Part shown: positions 1 through 7,667 of the stretch, one piece after another
Layout of the letters: each line of letters starts with the position of its first letter
Numbering within the stretch: position 1 is the first letter of the stretch
NCBI GenBank assembly: GCA_025055295.1
Contig: JANWWW010000034.1
Coordinates: 1-16,844 of the forward strand
Direction of reading: 5' to 3'
Length of the DNA stretch: 16,844 nucleotides
Source: Deltaproteobacteria bacterium
GTDB lineage: Bacteria > Bdellovibrionota_C > UBA2361 > JANWWW01
Position numbers and translations under genes: made by a program
The notes under the pieces: model-generated
Seen by the model: only the letters and a program-made list of their open reading frames with translations
What the model was told of the DNA's origin: nothing
Databases searched by the model: none

Positions 1-465
1 AGGTCGATCGCGGTTTACCTTCGTCCACTCAAACATTAAAGCTAGTTGAGCTTGCACGCTTAAGTCTTCAGCAGTTTTTTCGTCAAGAGTCTGATTAGTG
101 CCTGGATCAATTTGTCGAATGGCGAAACCTAGCATAATTTTCCTGCCCCCAAAAATAAGCTCCTTTTCTTGAAGAATTACATTTGCAAAGTGACTTCCCG
201 ATTTTAAAGCTAATTCAGTGGATCCATCTTCAATGCGTCGGGCAAAAACACTACCTATACTGTCTGACAAACTTGCATCCACCTTTAAGGGCGTCCAACC
301 TGCACCAAAACTCTGTTGATTAAAGTCGCGTACTAAACCTAACAAATAACTTAAATTCCCAAGACCAAGATAGTGATTTAAAACCTTAACCAATACTCCT
401 TTGAAAGAACCTATCTCAACATGCTCAGCAGCTGAATAATTCCCAGCTTGAGCAAATACCTCCTT
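1..465 (-). CDS. Actin-like (ASKHA) ATPase-fold protein, N-terminal part (PilM/FtsA-like, tentative). Partial: runs off the window start. True start unresolved.
   Basis: Uninterrupted minus-strand reading frame of 155 codons from 465 down to 1, absent from the ORF track because it has no stop in the window. The translation contains VEIGSFKGVLVKV, resembling the phosphate-1 motif (GIDIGSSSIKxVEL) of PilM/FtsA/actin-fold ATPases, then ELALKSGSHFANVIL and DEKTAEDLSVQAQLALMFE segments with PilM-like spacing. An in-frame TAA at 466-468 separates it from an upstream ATG at 529-531 (21 codons, MRGVTFERALERAKGDLLLDH). There is no in-frame ATG/GTG/TTG within about 35 codons after the TAA. Confidence 0.35.
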
Positions 466-1227
466 TTAATGATCTAAAAGAAGATCACCTTTTGCTCTTT
501 CTAATGCTCTTTCAAATGTTACACCTCTCATGGTTTTTACCTCCAGCCAATAATTTAACACACAGTTAGAACGAATGTCAATTTTTGATTAATCTTTTAA
601 CCAATTTAAAAAATCGTTTTCATTATCCATTTTTTATTCTCTACAGAACTAAAAAACATGTAACACTTGAGTCAGTGCCTGTTACATTAAAAGTTTTCGT
701 GTCAAAATCTCTGGACAATCAGTACAAACGTATACAAAATATGCTGAAGAAAATTTATTTTACAGTAAAAAGGTTTTTAGTAATTCATGCGTCTGCTGGT
801 ATTAAACATTTTTGTAACATTCTCCATTTTTAACACTGCATATACCGACACTTACCTCTTTCTACTGTTGTCTGATGTAACCAGAAAGTTATCTGCCGGT
901 AGATATTTAAACCTGAACTACTGTGTCTAGGTTTCCATGTTAATTTTAAATTCAACTTCATGCATCTTGAATATTAGCTGGATTATCCCCAAAAAAAGTT
1001 ATCGTTCTGTTGGCTTTTCGTCTTTACCTGTTCCCTCTGCCCTTTACACCTCCAGAGGAATTTTCCTGTGATCCTTTTCTATTTTTGAAATTGCCTGTTA
1101 CTCGCATAGCCTAGGAGCATACACTCTGACTTCCTTCTTTGAATGATTACTTGCTTCAATTTTTCGTTAATTCAGCGCACTCGGAAACTTTGGCTGACCT
1201 TTTTTGGATTAAAAATAAACAAGCTTA

Positions 1228-1311
1228 TGCCCAAGAGAGGACTTGAACCTCCACGGGATTTCTCCCACTACCCCCTCAAGATAGCGTGTCTGCCAATTCC
1301 ACCACTTGGGC
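1228..1311 (-). tRNA. tRNA-Leu, anticodon GAG; CCA not encoded
   Basis: The reverse complement reads GCCCAAG TG GTGGAATTGGCAGACAC G CTATC TTGAGGG GGTAG TGGGAGAAATCCCGT GGAGG TTCAAGT CCTCT CTTGGGC A. It has a 7-bp acceptor stem, a D-arm, an anticodon stem CTATC/GGTAG with loop TTGAGGG (anticodon GAG), a long variable arm typical of Leu, and a T-arm GGAGG-TTCAAGT-CCTCT. It closely matches bacterial tRNA-Leu architecture, such as E. coli leuU. The 3' flank is TAAGCTT, so CCA is added post-transcriptionally. Confidence 0.85.
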
Positions 1312-1322
1312 ATCTCTACTTA

Positions 1323-1351
1323 ATTATAGAAACACTAACATTAATCATCAA
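1323..1351 (-). promoter_or_regulatory. Sigma70-type promoter for tRNA-Leu
   Basis: On the minus strand: -35 TTGATG (1351-1346), a 17-nt spacer, -10 TATAAT (1328-1323), then 11 nt to the mature tRNA 5' end at 1311. Confidence 0.5.
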
Positions 1352-1388
1352 CCAAAAAGAGAGCGACATTCTGAAACAAACAGTAAGG

Positions 1389-1417
1389 TTGATTAATACA
1401 GGTGCTTTGTGTAGACT
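1389..1417 (+). promoter_or_regulatory. Candidate promoter for the SPFH-queA-tgt-yajC-secDF operon
   Basis: -35 TTGATT (1389-1394), a 17-nt spacer and -10 TAGACT (1412-1417) on the plus strand. This would put the transcription start only a few nt before the ATG at 1427, giving a near-leaderless mRNA. Only a 4/6 match in the -10. Confidence 0.25.
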
Positions 1418-1426
1418 TGGGGTACT

Positions 1427-2185
1427 ATGTTTGACACTCAACTGATCATTGCAATTGCTATTATTGGTTTTTTTCTAGCCAAAGGTATTTTTCGCGTGAG
1501 ACAATGGGAGAAAGCAATCATTTTAAGATTCGGTAAGCTTCTTGGAGTTAGAGATCCGGGTTTGCGTTTTATGATCCCTGTAATAGACGAAAGAATTCTT
1601 GTGGATATGCGTGTACTGACCTTTGATATTCCAAGTCAGGATGTTATAACTCGCGATAACATATCAGTTAAAGTTAACGGAGTTGTTCTTTTTCAGGTTT
1701 TTGATCCTGTTAAAGCGGTAACTCAAGTTGAAAACGCTATTTTAGCCGTAAATCAGCTAGCTCAAACCACTCTTAGAAGTGTTTGTGGGGAAGCTGAGCT
1801 AGATGAGTTGCTTGCAAAAAGGGACGAGATAAATCTCAAGATTCAACAGATTATCGACCAGAAAACCGAGCCTTTTGGTGTCAAAGTCAACACTGTTGAG
1901 GTCAAGCAGGTTGATCTTCCTCAAGAGCTACAGAGAGCTATTGCAAAACAGGCGGAAGCGGAACGAGTTCGAAGGGCAAAAATCATTCAAGCCGAAGGCG
2001 AATATCAGGCAGCAGAGAAGCTTACAGAGGCGGCAAAAATTCTATCCGCATACCCAGCAAGTATGCAATTAAGGTTTCTTGAAAGCCTGCAATCTTTAGC
2101 GTCAGAAAAGACTAATACTATTATTTTCCCGCTTCCTATAGAATTATTTAGGGCTTTCTCGAAGGAAAACTCGGGCGCTAATTGA
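1427..2185 (+). CDS. SPFH/band-7 (stomatin/prohibitin-like) membrane protein
   Basis: 252 aa. It has an N-terminal hydrophobic anchor (LIIAIAIIGFFLAKGIF) and a PHB-domain core (AIILRFGKLLGVRDPGLRFMIPVIDERILVDMRVLTFDIPSQDVITRDNISVKVNGVVLFQVFDPVKAV). A C-terminal coiled coil, EAERVRRAKIIQAEGEYQAAEKL, is typical of the stomatin/HflKC family. Confidence 0.85.
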   Translation: MFDTQLIIAIAIIGFFLAKGIFRVRQWEKAIILRFGKLLGVRDPGLRFMIPVIDERILVDMRVLTFDIPSQDVITRDNISVKVNGVVLFQVFDPVKAVTQVENAILAVNQLAQTTLRSVCGEAELDELLAKRDEINLKIQQIIDQKTEPFGVKVNTVEVKQVDLPQELQRAIAKQAEAERVRRAKIIQAEGEYQAAEKLTEAAKILSAYPASMQLRFLESLQSLASEKTNTIIFPLPIELFRAFSKENSGAN

Positions 2186-3159
2186 ACTTTGAAGGCTCGA
2201 TAAAAGTTCCTCCTGAGCTAATTGCTCAGTATCCTTCGAAAGAAAGGGGATCATCTCGCCTTCTTGTCGTTTCACGATCGAGAGGCATCCTATTTGATGG
2301 GACCTTTAATGAAGGATTAAAAAATTTTATAGAAGCTGATGACATACTTATTTTTAATGACACTAAAGTAATAAACGCCCGATTGGAAGTAAAAACAGAA
2401 CGGGGATCATCGATCGACCTTCTCGTTATAGGTCCCTTTCATGGCGTAGAATGGAGAGGAATTTTAAAAAACTTAAAGAGACATAAAGAAGGTGAAAAAT
2501 TTTTATTGCGAGACACGGAAATTTTACTTAAAAAGAAAGAGTTATTCTTCGCTTATTTTACCTCCACAAAAGATATCTCAGACTTAATTGCTCAAGACGG
2601 CAAACCACCTATTCCATTATACATACGGAAAGGTCGTGCGGTTGATATAGATAGCAAACGCTACCAAACAGTATATGCGAAAAAGCCTGGTTCAATAGCC
2701 GCTCCAACGGCTGGCCTTCATTTCAGTGACGAAAGTTTTGAGATAATCCGGAAAAAAAATGCAAAAGTGGCCTTCTTAACTCTTCACGTGGGGCCTTCGA
2801 GTATAGCTCCTTACATGAAAGTTTGTCCTGAATGGTTTTCTATTCCACAGGAAACAGTATTTTTGCTCAAAGGTCAAAGGAAACTACTATACGCAGTAGG
2901 AACGACTTCAGTGCGCGCTCTGGAAACATTCGCCTTAACTAGCCAAACAGAAGCTGAGACAAATTTAATTATCGAGCCGGGGTACAACTTTCTGCTTGTT
3001 GACGGCTTTTTTACTAATTTTCACTTGCCGGATTCATCCCACATCAAAATCGTCTCAGCCTACTTAGGCACTGAGAAAGTCATCGAAAGCTACACCTACG
3101 CAATTAAAAATCTTTTTAAGTTTTTTAGTTATGGTGATTGCATGATGTGTATGCCATGA
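2182..3159 (+). CDS. queA: S-adenosylmethionine:tRNA ribosyltransferase-isomerase
   Basis: 325 aa, collinear with E. coli QueA: PPELIAQYPSKERGSSRLLV versus [20 protein letters not shown], then YQTVYAKKPGSIAAPTAGLHF, LHVGPSS, AVGTTSVRALE, FHLPDSS and a C-terminal FFSYGDCM. The start is TTG at 2182, immediately after an in-frame TAA and overlapping the upstream TGA (TTGA). Confidence 0.9.
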   Translation: MNFEGSIKVPPELIAQYPSKERGSSRLLVVSRSRGILFDGTFNEGLKNFIEADDILIFNDTKVINARLEVKTERGSSIDLLVIGPFHGVEWRGILKNLKRHKEGEKFLLRDTEILLKKKELFFAYFTSTKDISDLIAQDGKPPIPLYIRKGRAVDIDSKRYQTVYAKKPGSIAAPTAGLHFSDESFEIIRKKNAKVAFLTLHVGPSSIAPYMKVCPEWFSIPQETVFLLKGQRKLLYAVGTTSVRALETFALTSQTEAETNLIIEPGYNFLLVDGFFTNFHLPDSSHIKIVSAYLGTEKVIESYTYAIKNLFKFFSYGDCMMCMP

Positions 3160-4349
3160 AGTTTGAAGTGGTCGACTACGACGGATCCGCAAGAAGTGGC
3201 AAGCTTAACCTAAACACCATCGAAGTTTTAACTCCGGTTTTTATGCCTGTTGCAACCCGTGGTACGCTAAAGGGCATACCTTTAAAAGATTCATTTGTTG
3301 AGGAAAACTTTAATCTTATCCTGTGTAACAGTTGGCATTTAACACTAAAGCCGGGGGTGGAAGTAATAAAAAGACTGGGCACGTTACATGAATTCATTGG
3401 ATGGGAAAAACTGATTTTAACTGACAGTGGCGGTTTTCAGGTATTTTCTCTGGGTAAAAATGTTACTTACAGTAAGGACGGTGTCTCATTTATAAGTCCG
3501 TACGACAGTCAACCGGTTTTTTTATCTCCGGAGCAGGCTGTGCGCAACCAGCTTGACTTGGGCGTTGACGTAGCTATGATGCTTGACGTTTGTACAACTG
3601 AGCCGTCAAATTATGAAAGAGCTAAAATTGATTTGCAAATTACCAGAGATTGGGCTATTCGGTCATTTTCATTCTACCAAAAGACTTTTGCGCAAAATTG
3701 CAACCGTCAAACAGCATTATTTGGAATAATTCAAGGCGGCATATTCATGGATTTGCGCGAGCAAGCCATAGAGGATTTATCAAATATTCCGTTTCACGGA
3801 CTTGCGGTTGGTGGTTTGTCTGTCGGGGAGAAAAAATCAAATACCTATAAAGTCTTAAAGTCAATCGGGAAACTGATGCCAAACGACAAACCTCGTTACG
3901 TTATGGGTTTAGGCCTGCCCCTTGACCTTGTTTCCGCAGTGTTATTCGGTTTTGATATGTTTGACTGTGTTTTGCCTACAAGGTCAGCTCGGTTTGGCAG
4001 GGCTTACGTTAATAGCGAAGAACTTTGGATAAACTTGAAATCAGGAACTTTTCATCGTGACGAGCAACCAATAGAAACAAATTGCGATTGTTACACATGC
4101 AAAAATTACTCCAGAGCGTACGTTTCACATCTTTTGCGAGTTGATGAGATGGTAGGAGGTATATTGCTTACAATACACAATCTTCACTATTACAAGGAGC
4201 TAATGAAAAATCTAAACTTTGCGATAAAGGGTAAGTACTTCAAAGATTTCGCAGTATCATATATCAACAGCTGGCTTCAGTCACCTAAATTTGTTAGTAT
4301 CGTAGGCGAGGAAGAGGTCAGAAAGATAGAAGAATTACTATGGTCTTAG
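3156..4349 (+). CDS. tgt: Queuine tRNA-ribosyltransferase (tRNA-guanine transglycosylase)
   Basis: The product begins MKFEVVDYDGSARSGKL (E. coli starts MKFELDTTDGRARRGRL). It carries LTDSGGFQVFSL, ALFGIIQGG, AVGGLSVGE, DMFDCVLPTR and the zinc site CDCYTCKNYSRAYVSHL. The ATG at 3156 overlaps the queA stop (ATGA). The ORF track's upstream ATG at 3138 would add a non-conserved 6 aa. Confidence 0.9.
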   Translation: MKFEVVDYDGSARSGKLNLNTIEVLTPVFMPVATRGTLKGIPLKDSFVEENFNLILCNSWHLTLKPGVEVIKRLGTLHEFIGWEKLILTDSGGFQVFSLGKNVTYSKDGVSFISPYDSQPVFLSPEQAVRNQLDLGVDVAMMLDVCTTEPSNYERAKIDLQITRDWAIRSFSFYQKTFAQNCNRQTALFGIIQGGIFMDLREQAIEDLSNIPFHGLAVGGLSVGEKKSNTYKVLKSIGKLMPNDKPRYVMGLGLPLDLVSAVLFGFDMFDCVLPTRSARFGRAYVNSEELWINLKSGTFHRDEQPIETNCDCYTCKNYSRAYVSHLLRVDEMVGGILLTIHNLHYYKELMKNLNFAIKGKYFKDFAVSYINSWLQSPKFVSIVGEEEVRKIEELLWS

Positions 4350-4657
4350 AAAAGATTGTTGATTGGACCTTGTCACTTCAACAAACTCCAAGTTTGTCGG
4401 ATACATTGATCCACATCGTTCCAATTATTATTGTTGTTTTTCTAATATTTTACTTTATCGTCATACTGCCTTCGTCAAAAGAAGAGGCGAAGAGAAAGGA
4501 CGCGATATCAAAATTAAAAAAAGGAGATCAAATTCTTCTGTCAAATGGTTTTCTGGTGAGATTTGTTCAACATGAAGATCCTTGGACTATTGTCGAACTT
4601 TCATCAAACGTCAGAGCCAAGGTCGATAAAAACACGATTCAAAAAGTTATTGAGTAA
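4340..4657 (+). CDS. yajC: Preprotein translocase accessory subunit YajC
   Basis: 105 aa with a single TM (IVPIIIVVFLIFYFIVILP), followed by basic residues and a KGDQILLSNGFLVRFV motif as in YajC (E. coli ...IAKGDEVLTNGGLVGRV). It sits in the canonical position between tgt and secD. The start may be slightly downstream of 4340. Confidence 0.75.
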   Translation: MVLEKIVDWTLSLQQTPSLSDTLIHIVPIIIVVFLIFYFIVILPSSKEEAKRKDAISKLKKGDQILLSNGFLVRFVQHEDPWTIVELSSNVRAKVDKNTIQKVIE

Positions 4658-6201
4658 TGCGGTCCTTCGATCAGGTGAAAAGTTGGAACAGGCTTTACGT
4701 GCTTATCGGCGTTCTGGTTTTTGTTTTGCTTGTTCTGGCGCCAAGTTTTTTCAGAGATAAATTCAGGGAAGGTACTAAGCTTGCTGAATATTGGATTTCT
4801 AAGCCAATCCAGTTGGGTTTGGATTTGGTGGGGGGTGTCTACATCTTATTTGAGGTGGATCAGGCTAAATTTTTAGACCAACTAAGAAGTTTAAAAATTA
4901 ACGAGATTAGGAATGATTTAAAAAAAAATGAAATTCCCGTTCTTTCATATGAGAAACAAAATGATACCGCTATTTTCAGGTTTGTAACTGAGAAGAGCTT
5001 GCTAAAAGCTGAGACGAGTTTGGAACAAGCGGGTTATAAAATATTGTTGTCAGACAAGACCAAGAAAGAGTTACATGTAAAGCTTGATGTTCTAGAGTTT
5101 GAAAAAGCTGTAGCCGAAGCCGCTCTTAAAGCTGTTGAAACCATAAGAGCTCGGATTGATCAGTTTGGAGTTTCCGAACCTGTTGTACAAAGAATTGGGC
5201 TAAATCGGGTTCTTGTTGAATTACCAGGTGTAAAAGACCTGCAACGTGTAAAACAAGTAATCGGCAAAACAGCAAGACTTGAGTTCAGATTTCTTCCTAG
5301 GACAAAGGATGTCAAAACGGTTAAAATGCCGTTGGCGAACACAGGCGAATTGATCGAAGTGGAAGATGAAGTTGTCCTAACAGGAGACACGATTCAGAAA
5401 GCGAATGTTGAGTTTACACCTACTGATGGAGCGGTTGTAGCGATCCAGTTTAATTTTGAGGGGGCAAGGGAGTTCGCTCGAATTACCCGGGAAAACAGGG
5501 AAAAAAACTTAGCGATAATTATGGATGGTGTGGTCTATTCGGCTCCTCAAATTCAAACCGCAATAACAGAAGGTAGCGCTATTATAACGGGTCTCCGTAG
5601 CCCGGAAGAAGCAAGAGAGTTATCGATTGTGCTAAAAAGCGGTACACTTCCCGCGCCTCTTAACGTTGTTGAAGAGCGTTTAGTAGGGCCCTCATTGGGA
5701 GAGGTCTACATTCAGAGAGCAATATACACACTTATTTCAAGTTTCGTGATTGTATCGGTTGTTATGATCATCCTTTACGGGAAATTCTTCGGCTTAGTCT
5801 CATCGTTGTCGCTCGCTCTTGCTTGTCTTTTAATCATATCTTGTCTTGTGCTTCTTCAGGCAACGTTGACCTTTCCGGGACTTGCCGCAATAGCGCTCAC
5901 GATCGGGATAGCCGTTGACTCTAACATTATTATATTTGAGCGTATTAAAGATGCCCTTAAAGAGAAAGTTAGTTTTTTAGACGCAGTTGAGAGGGGTTTT
6001 GCAAACGCCTATTCGGCCATCTTCGACGCGAATATAACAAGCCTTTTAACCAGCTTGATTGTTTATTTTCTGGCTCATGGTCCGATAAAGGGTTTCGCCA
6101 TAACCTTCGCAATTGGAACTTTAGTTACGCTGTTTTGCGCGGTTTTTGTGGGCAAAACCCTGATTTTTTGTTTTTCAAGCAATAAGTCAATACAAACATG
6201 A
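4657..6201 (+). CDS. secD: Protein translocase subunit SecD
   Basis: 514 aa. It has an N-terminal TM, a large periplasmic domain, LGLDLVGGVYILFEVD, and a C-terminal six-TM block with GLAAIALTIGIAVDSNIIIFERIKD. The ATG overlaps the yajC TAA (TAATG). Confidence 0.9.
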   Translation: MRSFDQVKSWNRLYVLIGVLVFVLLVLAPSFFRDKFREGTKLAEYWISKPIQLGLDLVGGVYILFEVDQAKFLDQLRSLKINEIRNDLKKNEIPVLSYEKQNDTAIFRFVTEKSLLKAETSLEQAGYKILLSDKTKKELHVKLDVLEFEKAVAEAALKAVETIRARIDQFGVSEPVVQRIGLNRVLVELPGVKDLQRVKQVIGKTARLEFRFLPRTKDVKTVKMPLANTGELIEVEDEVVLTGDTIQKANVEFTPTDGAVVAIQFNFEGAREFARITRENREKNLAIIMDGVVYSAPQIQTAITEGSAIITGLRSPEEARELSIVLKSGTLPAPLNVVEERLVGPSLGEVYIQRAIYTLISSFVIVSVVMIILYGKFFGLVSSLSLALACLLIISCLVLLQATLTFPGLAAIALTIGIAVDSNIIIFERIKDALKEKVSFLDAVERGFANAYSAIFDANITSLLTSLIVYFLAHGPIKGFAITFAIGTLVTLFCAVFVGKTLIFCFSSNKSIQT

Positions 6202-7034
6202 AGATTGAATTTGTTAGAACTTTTAAAATATTCGGTGGCATTTCATTAGTATTGTTTATTTTTTCTGTGATTGTACTGATTTTGCGGTTCAATAAACAGT
6301 TAGGATTAGAGTTTACAGGCGGCAACTTGTTCTATTTAGGGTCGTCTTTGCGTGTTCCTGAAATATCAAAAGCGCTCAGCAATTGTGGTATCAAAAACTT
6401 TCAAATAAAAAGTGTCTTTGGAGAGCAAACGATCATTTTAAGAACTGGCTTAGATATTTCTGAAAAAAACCTGATGGATTGCTTTTCGGAAAAAATTCAG
6501 GTTCTTTCGTATGAAAGTTTTTCCCCTACGATTTCCGGTGAAATAAAACGTAAAGGAACGTTGGCGGGCTTGCTCGCTTTGATAGCCATGTTGATTTATT
6601 TAACAGTTCGGTTCGAGAAGTTTTTTGCTTTGGGCGCCTGCTTAGCTCTTATTCACGATGTAATAATCTCTTTGGCAATATACATTCTGTTGGGGTACTC
6701 GTTTACACTTCAAGCCTTGGTTGGTGTTCTCACTCTAATTGGATACTCGGTTAACGACACAATAATTGTATTTGACCGTATAAGGGAGGAATTGAAAAAC
6801 GAAGGTTCGCTTACTGAAATTTTCAACAGGGCGATTAATCTAAGCCTTGCAAGGAGCCTCAAAACCTCTTTTACGACGTTTCTTGTGGTATTACTGCTCA
6901 TCTTTTTGGGGAAAGAGGCAGTTGTGGAGTTTTCAGTTTACTTTATGATTGGTATCCTAATAGGCACATATTCCTCAATTTTCGTAGCTGCTCCTTCTAC
7001 TTTGTATTTGATCAGTTTGTTCAGAAAAGAGTGA
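6198..7034 (+). CDS. secF: Protein translocase subunit SecF
   Basis: 278 aa with LGLEFTGG near the N-terminus, then YSVNDTIIVFDRIRE and a six-TM topology. It overlaps the secD stop (ATGA). Confidence 0.9.
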   Translation: MKIEFVRTFKIFGGISLVLFIFSVIVLILRFNKQLGLEFTGGNLFYLGSSLRVPEISKALSNCGIKNFQIKSVFGEQTIILRTGLDISEKNLMDCFSEKIQVLSYESFSPTISGEIKRKGTLAGLLALIAMLIYLTVRFEKFFALGACLALIHDVIISLAIYILLGYSFTLQALVGVLTLIGYSVNDTIIVFDRIREELKNEGSLTEIFNRAINLSLARSLKTSFTTFLVVLLLIFLGKEAVVEFSVYFMIGILIGTYSSIFVAAPSTLYLISLFRKE

Positions 7035-7615
7035 AATTTATTCTCTTCTGTATTGTGATCATTTGGTTTGGAGTAATTATTTTTATAGCCCTAGCCATCT
7101 TTAGAGGACAGAACCAAAGCTACACTTGCAGGCAGTTCATCTCCACTTTTTCAAAATCCGGCTCAGACATACAGATATCTGAGGAGATATTGTTGGAAAA
7201 GCCTCATAATCATCAGTTCTTTCAAAGAATTCCATTTGCTAATAGCGCGACTGTTGATATTGTGAGCGCGCATACTTTTTCCAAAGATACATATTTAAAA
7301 ACCGACCTAGAGATCATGGAAACAGAGCAAGGAAAAGCGTTTTCTGTTCCAGTTTTGGAGGGAGCAATAGTAAGGGCTATTTATTATTTAAGAGGGAACA
7401 ATGAACTCAAATACTGTTTTTTTTCATGCTCAGGTATACGAAGCCTTAGAATAAATCTAAATGACGTAGAGCTCTCAAATTTTAGACCTATTTTTACGAA
7501 CTTAGATGATGAAGGAGTCGTTTCGTTCGAGGTTACGTCCAACTCGATTATCAACTTAAAACCTATTCCATCCACAGAAAATTCAGTGTGTGTTGAACTT
7601 AGGTTAAAGACGTAG
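7031..7615 (+). CDS. Hypothetical membrane-anchored protein, translationally coupled to secF
   Basis: 194 aa. The GTG start at 7031 overlaps the secF TGA (GTGA). It has an N-terminal TM (FILFCIVIIWFGVIIFIALAIF) followed by a roughly 165-aa domain predicted to be extracytoplasmic and beta-rich. No motif recognised by eye. Confidence 0.5.
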   Translation: MKFILFCIVIIWFGVIIFIALAIFRGQNQSYTCRQFISTFSKSGSDIQISEEILLEKPHNHQFFQRIPFANSATVDIVSAHTFSKDTYLKTDLEIMETEQGKAFSVPVLEGAIVRAIYYLRGNNELKYCFFSCSGIRSLRINLNDVELSNFRPIFTNLDDEGVVSFEVTSNSIINLKPIPSTENSVCVELRLKT

Positions 7616-7667
7616 TTTTTTGAAAAAAAGAAGCGATGAAATACATTAAACGCTGTTTTTAAAGTAA

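Noticed and set aside
585-833. 82-aa plus-strand ORF in the long spacer
   Set aside because: Low-complexity, Lys/Phe/Ile-rich translation typical of AT-rich noise. No start context and no recognisable motif. Kept only as part of the unexplained-spacer finding.
532-1227. tmRNA, RNase P RNA, SRP RNA or a second tRNA in the long spacer
   Set aside because: I searched by eye on both strands for T-arm GGTTCGAATCC-like motifs and the conserved RNase P and SRP blocks and found none. This negative result is weak without a covariance-model search.
1143-1445. 100-aa plus-strand ORF from the six-frame track
   Set aside because: It lies directly across the minus-strand tRNA-Leu gene and its promoter. 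The proline/leucine-rich translation is the reverse-complement artefact of the tRNA sequence.
1875-2072. 65-aa ORF inside the SPFH gene
   Set aside because: It is an alternative frame of a well-supported CDS. The Arg/Gln-rich translation is a shadow of the AEAERVRRAK coiled-coil region.
3176-4760. Small ORFs 3176-3397 (-), 3650-3850 (+), 4363-4575 (+), 4563-4760 (+)
   Set aside because: All are embedded in or antisense to tgt, yajC or secD, which have strong homology support. No independent evidence.
7616-7630. T6-G-A7 tract right after ORF-194, considered as a terminator hairpin
   Set aside because: It would form a hairpin with a 1-nt loop made only of A:T pairs. That is not a plausible intrinsic terminator stem. 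More likely an AT-rich spacer.
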